Source: a virus
Lineage: Duplodnaviria > Caudoviricetes
Reading direction: 5' to 3' (one strand)
DNA length: 43,759 nt
Virus record (IMG/VR): IMGVR_UViG_3300016263_000854
Coordinates: 1-43,759 of that record
Position numbers and translations under genes: made by a program. The notes beneath the pieces are model-generated. The model was not told the DNA's origin. It saw only the letters and a program-made list of their open reading frames with translations, and made no database searches. Positions 9,382 to 17,451 of this stretch are shown in pieces (the stretch's first letter is position 1; the number at the start of each line of letters is the position of its first letter).

Positions 9382-9807
9382 TTAGCGAGGCTCAGGGCCC
9401 TCTCGGGCACCAAGGGCAGCCAAGCCACCCTCAAACGCCGCACGGTTGATCAGATCAGAGTCGGAAAGTGAGGGGCCGTTACTCATCACCTCCCGTAGCT
9501 TCGCCAATGCCGTGATCAGCCGGGGAAGCTCACTAGGGGTAGCTTCCAACAACTGCAGCTGTAGGCGCTGGAGGGCCATCGCAGCAGTCTCACTGAAAGG
9601 ATCAGCAGCGGGGCCTATGCCATCCTCGCGGATCTCATCATTCGCTAGGGCCAAATACCGGCGGGCCTGACGCACCGACACGCCGTAATCAGTCACCAGC
9701 CGCGAGAGGATCACGCTAGGGGTGGCCCCCTGCAAGCGAAGCATGGCCGCAATGCTGACCCGCTCGATTAGTTCGGCGTTTGTGGCGCGGGGTGTGGTTT
9801 CAGTCAT
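9382..9807 (-). CDS. HTH protein, paralogue of the terminase small subunit-like protein at 11628
   Basis: RATNAELIERV...YGVSVRQARRYLALA aligns by eye with RASGAEIERRI...TGVDERTAWRYISEA. ATGA overlap at the start. Confidence 0.7.
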   Translation of the reverse strand: MTETTPRATNAELIERVSIAAMLRLQGATPSVILSRLVTDYGVSVRQARRYLALANDEIREDGIGPAADPFSETAAMALQRLQLQLLEATPSELPRLITALAKLREVMSNGPSLSDSDLINRAAFEGGLAALGAREGPEPR

Positions 9808-10196
9808 TCGGCGTCGATCTCCCCGTCTTGATTGATGAAACAGTGAAGCTCCCCAAACGCTTGTGCTAGTTGGGTGAGCTTGTCTCCCCAAGGTTCAGCC
9901 CACCGGCCGAAATCCCAAAAGCCAGTGCCGTGGCCGTTACGGGTGAGGATGAAATCGTGAGCGGCTGCGTTCCAGGCATCACCATCACAGTCGGGGTGAA
10001 GCATCCGGGCGCAGTGTTCCTCAGCATCAAAGCCAAGGCGCTCAGCAGTCTCCCGGAATTGATCCCACTCCAGAGCTAGGCGGGTTTGGAGGGATAGGGA
10101 GGGTTCAGCGTCGATCTCATCAAAAGGGCAGCCGGAGTCGTAATCCGTTTCGCTCCATAGGAGAGCGATCATTGCGTGATCAGCAGCGGCCATCAC
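9804..10196 (-). CDS. Conserved acidic phage early protein
   Basis: HDFILTRNGHGTGFWD motif, typical of an uncharacterised phage early-region family (recalled). Confidence 0.75.
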   Translation of the reverse strand: MMAAADHAMIALLWSETDYDSGCPFDEIDAEPSLSLQTRLALEWDQFRETAERLGFDAEEHCARMLHPDCDGDAWNAAAHDFILTRNGHGTGFWDFGRWAEPWGDKLTQLAQAFGELHCFINQDGEIDAE

Positions 10197-10399
10197 TGCA
10201 CCTCCCCAACGGGGGCCAGGGCGACCTCTAAAAGGAAGGCCGCAAGGTTGGACAGGGAGCGACCCTCAGCCATGGCGCGAGAGGCGAGCCGCTCAGCTGT
10301 AACCGCGGCGATGGTGATAGTGAGGCGTTGGGGCTTGCGTTGCAGCTGAGCCAGCCGCACCGACATACCGGAGGCAGAACTAGGGGTAGGGGTTCTCAT
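10193..10399 (-). CDS. Ribbon-helix-helix (CopG/Arc-like) protein
   Basis: PQRLTITIAAVTAERLASRAMAEGRSLSNLAAFLLE. Confidence 0.8.
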   Translation of the reverse strand: MRTPTPSSASGMSVRLAQLQRKPQRLTITIAAVTAERLASRAMAEGRSLSNLAAFLLEVALAPVGEVQ

Positions 10400-10441
10400 C
10401 ACTGAAAAGGGGTAGGGGGTTGGGGTAACGGGGTTGAGTGA

Positions 10442-11113
10442 TCAGACGGGGCGGAGAATCAGATAATCAGCACCAGCTCCGGGGTTGGGTTCTGCGGTGT
10501 AGCCGTCACCGATGCGAAGCTCGCGCCATGCACGCTCCCAATCCAGACAATTAAGGGGCCATTGCAGATCGTCTGGCACCATGCCGCAATCGACGGCAAA
10601 CTCCTCACACCATGCGGCGCCGGCTTGCTCCGGGTTCCATCCGTCAGCCTCACCAGCCAAACCGTCAGCGAGCGTGTCAGGCGTTAAACCGTGATCCTTA
10701 AACAGCTGCACAAGCTGAGCAGCAGTCTCCGGATCCTCCATTTCAAGGCCGCGCTCGCTCAGCGCTTCTGCCCAATCGTCAGCAAGCCAAAAGCCAAAGC
10801 ACGCACCATCACCCTCGTTTGAGCCGAAGTAGAAGCCTGCGGGAGCGTGCTCGCTCAGATAATCGCTCAGACCCTCTATGGCTTGCTGCGCTAGAGCATC
10901 ATCCCAATCGGACTCGCTGGCATCCTCACCGGCAAGCCTTACCAAAACGCTGGCAAGGTCCCGGCGATCAGCTGCAAACGGCTGGCCGCTGTAAGCGATC
11001 AAGTGCACTTGCTCAGCGGCTTGCCAAAAGCCGACCAGCAAATGCTCAGGCTTGAGCGTGTCAGTGCTGACGATCCAAGGGATCTCAGCGAGTTGGGAAG
11101 CGGTGTAACTCAT
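10442..11113 (-). CDS. Acidic protein with C-terminal ArdA-like antirestriction domain
   Basis: Very D/E-rich. EEFAVDCGMVPDDLQWPLNCLDWERAWRELRIGDGY resembles the ArdA C-terminus. The N-terminal part carries APAGFYFGSNEGDGACFGFW. Confidence 0.65.
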   Translation of the reverse strand: MSYTASQLAEIPWIVSTDTLKPEHLLVGFWQAAEQVHLIAYSGQPFAADRRDLASVLVRLAGEDASESDWDDALAQQAIEGLSDYLSEHAPAGFYFGSNEGDGACFGFWLADDWAEALSERGLEMEDPETAAQLVQLFKDHGLTPDTLADGLAGEADGWNPEQAGAAWCEEFAVDCGMVPDDLQWPLNCLDWERAWRELRIGDGYTAEPNPGAGADYLILRPV

Positions 11114-11151
11114 TGGAGGGAAGGGGTAGGGGTAACGGGGTTGGGTAGAAC

Positions 11152-11328
11152 TCAAACGAGGCGGTGGTTCAGCACCACACCACCGGGACCGATCAAGACT
11201 GCGTGGCCAAGAACGCGATCAAAAGCACGTTGAGCGGCTGCTAGCGATCTGTGCCGTGAGAGAAGCTGATCCTGCCTACCGATCGTGACGCTTTTGCGGA
11301 TGATCTGAAAGGGTAGAGGCTTGGCCAT
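11152..11328 (-). CDS. Small basic hypothetical protein (58 aa)
   Basis: Not in the track. MAKPLPFQIIRKS...VLNHRLV* fits exactly between two repeats. Confidence 0.65.
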   Translation of the reverse strand: MAKPLPFQIIRKSVTIGRQDQLLSRHRSLAAAQRAFDRVLGHAVLIGPGGVVLNHRLV

Positions 11329-11364
11329 AGCAGGTAGGGGGTAGGGGTAACGGGGTTGGGTTGA

Positions 11365-11496
11365 TCAGCGGCGAACCACACCGGCGGCCGCTTGCGTGAT
11401 CGGGCGAAGGATGGGGGAGCCGGGGGCCAGGGCATCTGCCCAGATCAGGGCAGCGCCAAACCAAACCACACCGGCAAGGGCAAGACGGGGGAACAC
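11365..11496 (-). CDS. Small membrane or secreted peptide (43 aa)
   Basis: Not in the track. MFPRLALAGVVWFGAALIWADALAP...RR* lies between two repeats. Confidence 0.55.
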   Translation of the reverse strand: MFPRLALAGVVWFGAALIWADALAPGSPILRPITQAAAGVVRR

Positions 11497-11593
11497 AGCA
11501 AAAGGGGTAGGGGTAACGGGTCACCCTTGCGGGCTTAACCCCATTGTGCCTTAAGTAAGTAAGGATGCACAACTGCAGCAGCCCTAAAAAGGT

Positions 11594-11603
11594 GGCAAAC
11601 TAG
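11594..11603 (+). promoter_or_regulatory. Late-gene motif GGCAAACTAG
   Basis: Member of the GG(C/A)AA..TAG family, 24 nt before terS. Confidence 0.65.
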
Positions 11604-11627
11604 ATCAGTGTTCCTTATGTACGTAAC

Positions 11628-11960
11628 GTGGCAGGGAGGCGAGCTAGCGGGGCCGAGATTGAGCGCCGGATCTGCCTCGCTGTAAAGATGCTCAGTGAGT
11701 GCGCAAGCGCTACCCGCGTTTGCCACACACTGACAGCAGAGACGGGGGTGGATGAGCGCACTGCCTGGCGCTACATCAGCGAGGCACGCAACAGGTTGGT
11801 GGAGATCTATCAGCAGGATCGAGATCAGTGCGTTGCCGGTGAACTGTTGAAGCTCGATCACATCGCAGACCGTGCAACAGCCACCGGCCAACTATCGGCG
11901 GCCGTTGGTGCAGTGGGCCTCAAACTGCGGGTGATAGGTGCCGACGCACCGCGGAACTAG
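11628..11960 (+). CDS. terS: Terminase small subunit (putative)
   Basis: N-terminal HTH plus helical oligomerisation region; upstream of terL and preceded by the late motif. Confidence 0.65.
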   Translation: MAGRRASGAEIERRICLAVKMLSECASATRVCHTLTAETGVDERTAWRYISEARNRLVEIYQQDRDQCVAGELLKLDHIADRATATGQLSAAVGAVGLKLRVIGADAPRN

Positions 11961-12415
11961 CACCAAGGCCGCTGGTGGTATGGGGCGGCTTTTAATCCGG
12001 GGATATGGGGTGAGGGGTAACGGGGGCAGGTTGCGCTGATCTCTCTCACATAACGCGACCCCCCGTCACCCCCGCAGTCCGGCCAAACCCGGACGGGGGC
12101 AGGGGGCCACGACATTACTTGCAGGGAGTAACGTCGCCACCCCTCCCACCCGGGGTAATCGCAGCCCTACCCCCTACCAAACGAGCGCAGGGGGAGCTGA
12201 CATACCCCGCGACTCCCTCATCGAACCACCTCAAACGGTACCCTTACGTAACATCTCCCTACCCCTAATCACCCTTACGTCACATCACCCAACCTCTAGC
12301 GCACCTACCCCCTATCCCCTACCCCCAGGTCTGGAGAAATGCTGAAGCACCTAAATAGGTAGGTAGGCTTGAGGTGCTCCGGGTGGAACGGGGCGCAGAG
12401 GACCAAGGGACACCG

Positions 12416-12436
12416 GGCCCCATTTGGGGCCTTTTT
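12416..12436 (+). terminator. Rho-independent terminator
   Basis: GGCCCC-ATTT-GGGGCC-TTTTT. Confidence 0.65.
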
Positions 12437-12478
12437 GTTGGGGTCGCTAACTTGGATAAGTAGCCCACCTCCCCCTGG

Positions 12479-13834
12479 ATGTCGATTCTGAGCGTGATCG
12501 CGGGCGGGAAGGTGCTGGAGAAGCCCCAACGCACCGCCACGCGCTGCACGGAGACCTACTCGGCCCTACGAAAACGCATCTACAAGGAACTCCTACCCCC
12601 ACAGAAGGAGTTTGTAGACGACACCGACCACAAGATTCTCGGTTATTGCGCTGGTTTCGGGGCTGGCAAAACTTTTGCTTTGTGTGCAAAAGCAGTGTTC
12701 TTGGGTATGGACAACCCAAACACGACTGCTGCTGTCTTTGAACCTACAAATATCATGCTAAGAGATGTTTGGATGCGTGCATTTGACGACTTTTTAGAAC
12801 AATTCGGGATCGAACATGACTTCCGCGTCTCTCCCCAACCAGAGTATGTCTTGCACCTACCCCGAGGTCCCGTCACGCTTATTTGTCGAGCAACGGAGAC
12901 GTTTAATAGGATTAGGGGCCAGACATTGAGCTACGTGTTGGCTGACGAGCTGGACACATCACCCGTTGAAATTGCACAAAAGGCGGCTGAGATGATGCTG
13001 GCCCGTCTGCGTGGCGGCACCAAACCCCAGTTGGCAGTTGCCTCCACGCCAGAAGGCTATAAATACTTCTACCGCACCTTCGTTGAGCAGGGAGACCGTG
13101 ACGACAGGCGGTTGATTAAAGCGAAGACCACCGACAACCCCCACCTCCCAGATGGATTTGTCGAATCGCTGTTCCGCAATTACGACAGCCAGTTAGTCGC
13201 TAGCTACATCAACGGTGAATTTACCAACCTGGCGAACACGACGGTGTATCACCCGTTCGACAGGGACCGGCATTGGTGCGACACGGAGATCGCTCCAGAC
13301 GACCGGGTGTTTGTCTCCATCGACTTCAACGTGGGTGCTTGCTTCTGCGAGGTGATGGTGCGGCGGGGCGACGAGTTCCACGTGGTGGAGGAGCACTATC
13401 CGAAGGACACACCTGCTGTGGTGGCGTTGTTGAGGGAGCGGTATGCGGACTTTGTGGAGCGCGGGGACTTGGTGGTGATCCCGGACGCGGCATCACGGCA
13501 GCGCACCACCACCAACGCCGCGGAGTCGGACCTCTCACTGCTTCGCAAGGGCGGGTTTGCGGTGAAGACCCAAAGCGCCAACCCTCAGATCGCAGACCGC
13601 GTGAATGCGGTGAACGTGTTGCTGTTGGCGGATCGGTTGAAGGTCCATAACCGCTGCAAGTACCTGATCAAGTCGCTTGAGCAGCAGACCTACGACAAGT
13701 CGGGCAAGCCCACCAAGGGGATCGGGGGTTTGGACGACATCTCGGGTCCCGTGGACGCCTTGGGCTACGGGATCACGTACTTGGCCCCACTCCGCCGCTG
13801 GGCAACCGGTGGTTCTTCCTTCCGCACCTACTGA
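12479..13834 (+). CDS. terL: Terminase large subunit
   Basis: Walker A AGFGAGKT, Walker B YVLADE, coupling motif STPEG, nuclease motifs SIDFN and DALGY. Confidence 0.95.
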   Translation: MSILSVIAGGKVLEKPQRTATRCTETYSALRKRIYKELLPPQKEFVDDTDHKILGYCAGFGAGKTFALCAKAVFLGMDNPNTTAAVFEPTNIMLRDVWMRAFDDFLEQFGIEHDFRVSPQPEYVLHLPRGPVTLICRATETFNRIRGQTLSYVLADELDTSPVEIAQKAAEMMLARLRGGTKPQLAVASTPEGYKYFYRTFVEQGDRDDRRLIKAKTTDNPHLPDGFVESLFRNYDSQLVASYINGEFTNLANTTVYHPFDRDRHWCDTEIAPDDRVFVSIDFNVGACFCEVMVRRGDEFHVVEEHYPKDTPAVVALLRERYADFVERGDLVVIPDAASRQRTTTNAAESDLSLLRKGGFAVKTQSANPQIADRVNAVNVLLLADRLKVHNRCKYLIKSLEQQTYDKSGKPTKGIGGLDDISGPVDALGYGITYLAPLRRWATGGSSFRTY

Positions 13835-14178
13835 TGGCAAAGCGCGACCGGCTCCACCTGAGCCCCCACCAGAACATCGAAACCGGCCGTGATTGGAACG
13901 GCCGTTATTACATCGCCTACTCAGGCGGTGCCAGCGTCTTTATCCGCGACCTCAAGGAGTTACGGCGGTTCCTGAAGGTCCCCAAGGGGATCCCATCGCG
14001 GGAGTCGCTGGATAGCTGGTTGGCATCGCTTGAGGCGATGGACAAAGAGCGTGAGGCCACGCGAGAGCACCTACCCCAGGAGGGGATGAGTGAGGAGCTG
14101 TTGGCGACGGGATTTGGCCCTGAGGTTCACGCCTTAGATGAGAGCGACCCGAACTTCGCTACGAAGACGGTTATCTAA
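13834..14178 (+). CDS. Hypothetical protein
   Basis: TGATG-coupled to terL; 114 aa. Confidence 0.7.
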   Translation: MAKRDRLHLSPHQNIETGRDWNGRYYIAYSGGASVFIRDLKELRRFLKVPKGIPSRESLDSWLASLEAMDKEREATREHLPQEGMSEELLATGFGPEVHALDESDPNFATKTVI

Positions 14179-14186
14179 GGGCCACT

Positions 14187-14196
14187 GGAAATCTAG
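14187..14196 (+). promoter_or_regulatory. Late-gene motif GGAAATCTAG
   Basis: 19 nt before the portal start. Confidence 0.7.
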
Positions 14197-14215
14197 GTGA
14201 CGCAAGGGATCTGAA

Positions 14216-15796
14216 GTGGTCGTCAACAACAGCAGCTACCCCCCACAGAGCCTTGGATCTGTTGGTGTGATGCCTGCGAGCACCAACACCGACGACCCAA
14301 GCATCGTGTCGAGCCAAGTGTTGGCGATGCGAACTGGGTGGGAGCCCATCGACATTTGTATGGATGGCACGCGGGGATTGCGTGCCCGTAGTCGTGTACT
14401 GATCCCTCAAGAACCTTCTGAGTCAGACGACGCCTACCAGCGGAGGATCTTTCACGCGACATTGCCACCGTTTTTGAGTCGTTTGGCGTCTCAAGCGGCG
14501 GGGATCATCTTGCGTAAGGGCGTCAAGGTTGAGGGGGACGCCTACTGGATGGATTGGATCCAGAACGTCTGCGGTGACGGCACCACCCTCGATGAGTACG
14601 CCCGGCGCCAACTGGTGACGGCACTGCTGTACGGGCACAGCAGTACGGTTGTTGACTTCACCAATGACACCTCACCGCGGACGCTGGCGGAGGAGCGGCA
14701 GTCAGGTCGTCGCCCCTACTTGGTGCCGATCCACCCGCGGCAGATCTTGGGATGGCGCACCACCAACGACAGCGCCAGCAGCGACTTGGCCCAGGTGCGA
14801 ATCCGCGAGCAGGTGGTGGTCGCCAAGGGGGCGTATGGAGAGGAGCTTGTCGATCAGATCCGGGTGTTGACCCCGGGCGGGTATGAGGTGTGGCGTTCCG
14901 CGCCGCTGCCGTACCGCCAGCTCACCACCTATCCGGTGCAGCCACCTCCGCTGCAGTGGGAGTTGGTGGAGTCGGGCAGCACGTCGCTGGGCCGGGTGCC
15001 GCTGGTGACGGTGTATTCCAACCGCACCGGCAATTTGATGAGCACACCTCCGCTTGGTGAGGTGGCAGCGCTGAATTTGGCGTATGCGCAGAGGTTCTGC
15101 GACCTGCATCACAGCATCCATGTGACGGCGAACCCGATGTTGGTGATGCGTGGCTTCGACCCGGACACCGACAGCCCCATCGGCATCTCAGCCAACACGG
15201 CGTTGCTGATGCCGGTGGATGGCGGTGCCGAGTGGATCCAGCCGACGACGGATGCGTTTGAAGCGCAGCTACGGACCTTGAAGGAGCTGGAGGACCAGAT
15301 CAGCCGGCTTGGCATCAACACGTTGAGCCAGGCCAACCTCACCAACGCCGCTGCTGAGGCCCGCCGGTTGGACCGCGTGGACAGCGACTCGATCATGGCA
15401 ATGATCTCGCTGGATCTGGAGCGGACGCTGGCCCAGATGTTTGAGCTGGCGTCGTCCTACGTGGGGATTGAGCCACCCACGGTGACGATCCCTCGGGACT
15501 ACGACAACCGGATGCTCACCGGCAACGAGGTGACGGCGTTGCTGCAGCTCTACATGCAGAACGCGATCAGCCAGCAGACGTTGCTGAAGGTGCTCCAGGA
15601 CGGGGAGGTGCTGCCCCACACCATCGACTTGGAGGCAGAGATCAGCCTGACGGCCGAGCGACTGGAGGAGCAGCAGGCGATGGAGCGCCTCGCCATGGGC
15701 GGCCCTGACATGGCGTTCCAGAACGCGGGCCAGGGCGAATCGCTCAACAGCCAGACGCTCCCGACGCCGATGCGTCCCGGCCGTAACGCCAACTGA
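14216..15796 (+). CDS. Portal protein (DUF4055-like)
   Basis: Position after terL, 526 aa, with E...AYQRR, RPYLV, ILGWR and PPL.EVA.LN motifs. Confidence 0.88.
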   Translation: MVVNNSSYPPQSLGSVGVMPASTNTDDPSIVSSQVLAMRTGWEPIDICMDGTRGLRARSRVLIPQEPSESDDAYQRRIFHATLPPFLSRLASQAAGIILRKGVKVEGDAYWMDWIQNVCGDGTTLDEYARRQLVTALLYGHSSTVVDFTNDTSPRTLAEERQSGRRPYLVPIHPRQILGWRTTNDSASSDLAQVRIREQVVVAKGAYGEELVDQIRVLTPGGYEVWRSAPLPYRQLTTYPVQPPPLQWELVESGSTSLGRVPLVTVYSNRTGNLMSTPPLGEVAALNLAYAQRFCDLHHSIHVTANPMLVMRGFDPDTDSPIGISANTALLMPVDGGAEWIQPTTDAFEAQLRTLKELEDQISRLGINTLSQANLTNAAAEARRLDRVDSDSIMAMISLDLERTLAQMFELASSYVGIEPPTVTIPRDYDNRMLTGNEVTALLQLYMQNAISQQTLLKVLQDGEVLPHTIDLEAEISLTAERLEEQQAMERLAMGGPDMAFQNAGQGESLNSQTLPTPMRPGRNAN

Positions 15797-16626
15797 TGAC
15801 ACCCGATGAGTACCTGCGCGAGTTAGCGCAGGCGATCACGCAGCAGGAAGACCTCAACGACGCCGAGGTGCGCGATGTGCTGTACGAGTTGGCGCTGCGC
15901 ATCTATGCGTTGCTGCTGAGCGACCTACCAAATGAGCGGTTGGAGCGGTATATGGCCTGGCGCCAGCTGCGCACCCGCAGCATCTTGAACCTGCTGGCGG
16001 TCAACGACCTAATCGCCCAGCAGCTCTACAACCGTCTTGCCACGACGGAGCTTTTGGTGAGTGAGGTGGCGCGGCGCTACTTCCAGCTTCCCAACGGCGC
16101 CGTTACGTCGAGGCCGCTGACCCAGGTTTTGGATGACACCCGCGTTGTTGGGGTCCAAGTGTCGAGGTTGTTTGTACCCAACCCCCGCACTGGGATCAGC
16201 CCGTTTGTGCTGCAGATGCTGCAGCTGCTTGAGAAGAGTGTGGTGGGCATGTTCTTTACGGACCCACCGACTGAGGAGATCGCGGCAAAGGTGATTGGTG
16301 TTCGCACCAGCGCTGGGGTGCAAGTCCCGGTGGCATCAAAGGGGACGGTGGCGAATAATTGGAGGGAGCGGGTGCAGTCGATTGTGGCCGCGGCCTTATG
16401 GGCGACGGTGCAGCCAGCGATTGACCGAGCGGCCGCTGCTGCCGCGGAAACGCCGCGTGCCCCGCAGCTTTTGCAGTGGCGTTGGAATGCGGTGCTGGAT
16501 CCGCGTACCTGCCCGGTGTGCCGCCCGTTGCACCGCAGGATTGAGGCCGCCCCCGAGGACTTCCCACAAGGCCCACCTCCACTGCACCCGAGGTGCCGGT
16601 GTGTATTGATCCCGGAGGTTGAGTGA
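15796..16626 (+). CDS. Minor head morphogenesis protein (Mu gpF / SPP1 gp7-like)
   Basis: WNAVLDPRTCPVCRPLH...PPLHPRCRC. Confidence 0.88.
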   Translation: MTPDEYLRELAQAITQQEDLNDAEVRDVLYELALRIYALLLSDLPNERLERYMAWRQLRTRSILNLLAVNDLIAQQLYNRLATTELLVSEVARRYFQLPNGAVTSRPLTQVLDDTRVVGVQVSRLFVPNPRTGISPFVLQMLQLLEKSVVGMFFTDPPTEEIAAKVIGVRTSAGVQVPVASKGTVANNWRERVQSIVAAALWATVQPAIDRAAAAAAETPRAPQLLQWRWNAVLDPRTCPVCRPLHRRIEAAPEDFPQGPPPLHPRCRCVLIPEVE

Positions 16627-16648
16627 CCCTTACGTGGGTATTTAGATC

Positions 16649-16658
16649 GGCAACCTAG
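16649..16658 (+). promoter_or_regulatory. Late-gene motif GGCAACCTAG
   Basis: 21 nt before the scaffold start. Confidence 0.75.
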
Positions 16659-16679
16659 ATCGTTCTCTCAGCCTTTTGC

Positions 16680-17414
16680 GTGTCCGAAAACGTAAGTGGT
16701 GTTCCTCCCGTGGAGGACACGAGTGCGGCGGTGCCGCCCTCAACCGCGACAGAAGCCACCGACTCTGAACTGCAGCGGCTCAAGGCCAAGTTGGACCTTG
16801 TGCAGCAGGACAAGTTGAGAGCTGGCGAGACTAACGCCAAGCTCAACACGAAGATCCAAGAGCTGGAAGAGACGGTCAGAGGTCTAACGACCCAACTGAA
16901 GACAGGCGAACAGCAACAACTTGAGGGCTCTGGTGAGTATCAAAAGTTGTGGGAGCAATCCAAGGAGACCAATAAAGCCTTGGAACGCAGGATCACGGAA
17001 CTAGAGAGCGAGCTTGACGCCGAGCGCCAAGCGAGGAAGACGGAGACACTCCGCACCCGCGCCCTCCAAGAGATCAGCGAGTCAAAGGCCCTACGGCCCG
17101 ACCAGCTGTTATCACTGATAGCCCCCAACCTCCGTGAGGCTGAAGGTTCACCAGTGGTGCTTGAAGGCGGGATGGAGATTCCGTTACGCGACCACCTTGC
17201 CCGACTACGCGCTCCAGAGTCTGGTTGGGAGCATCACTTTGCACCCAACGGAGCCACGGGAGTGGGGATGAAGCCTTCAGCAGCTGCAGCGAGCAGCTAC
17301 GGGGGTAGCAACCCATTCCGCTCTGAGACGCGGAATTTGACGGAGCAAGCGCGGCTATTCCGTGAGGACCCAGCGCTGTACGAACGACTGAAAGCAGAAG
17401 CCACTCGCGGCTGA
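16680..17414 (+). CDS. Capsid scaffolding protein
   Basis: Coiled-coil protein with C-terminal NPF...NLTEQARL..EDP.LYERLK, directly before the MCP. Confidence 0.82.
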   Translation: MSENVSGVPPVEDTSAAVPPSTATEATDSELQRLKAKLDLVQQDKLRAGETNAKLNTKIQELEETVRGLTTQLKTGEQQQLEGSGEYQKLWEQSKETNKALERRITELESELDAERQARKTETLRTRALQEISESKALRPDQLLSLIAPNLREAEGSPVVLEGGMEIPLRDHLARLRAPESGWEHHFAPNGATGVGMKPSAAAASSYGGSNPFRSETRNLTEQARLFREDPALYERLKAEATRG

Positions 17415-17451
17415 GAACAAAACCACCACCTGCACTTAAGGAGCACAGGCA

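Larger units (their letters stand above)
10409..11520 (-). repeat. Intergenic start-associated repeat, sense strand (CAA)CCCCGTTACCCCTACCCC, four copies
   Basis: Copies at 10409-10436, 11123-11146, 11338-11361 (the last two are identical 24-mers) and 11504-11520. Variants at 1995-2012 and 12007-12026. Confidence 0.9.

Noticed and set aside
10409-11520. CRISPR array
   Set aside because: The spacers are about 140-690 bp, unequal and protein-coding; the repeats are non-palindromic; there is no cas operon. The 7815 nuclease is a typical phage exonuclease.
11961-12478. tRNA or other structured ncRNA in the long intergenic gaps (also 9070-9381)
   Set aside because: No cloverleaf or T-loop (GTTCRA) pattern was recognised by eye. 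A covariance-model search would be needed to exclude other ncRNAs.
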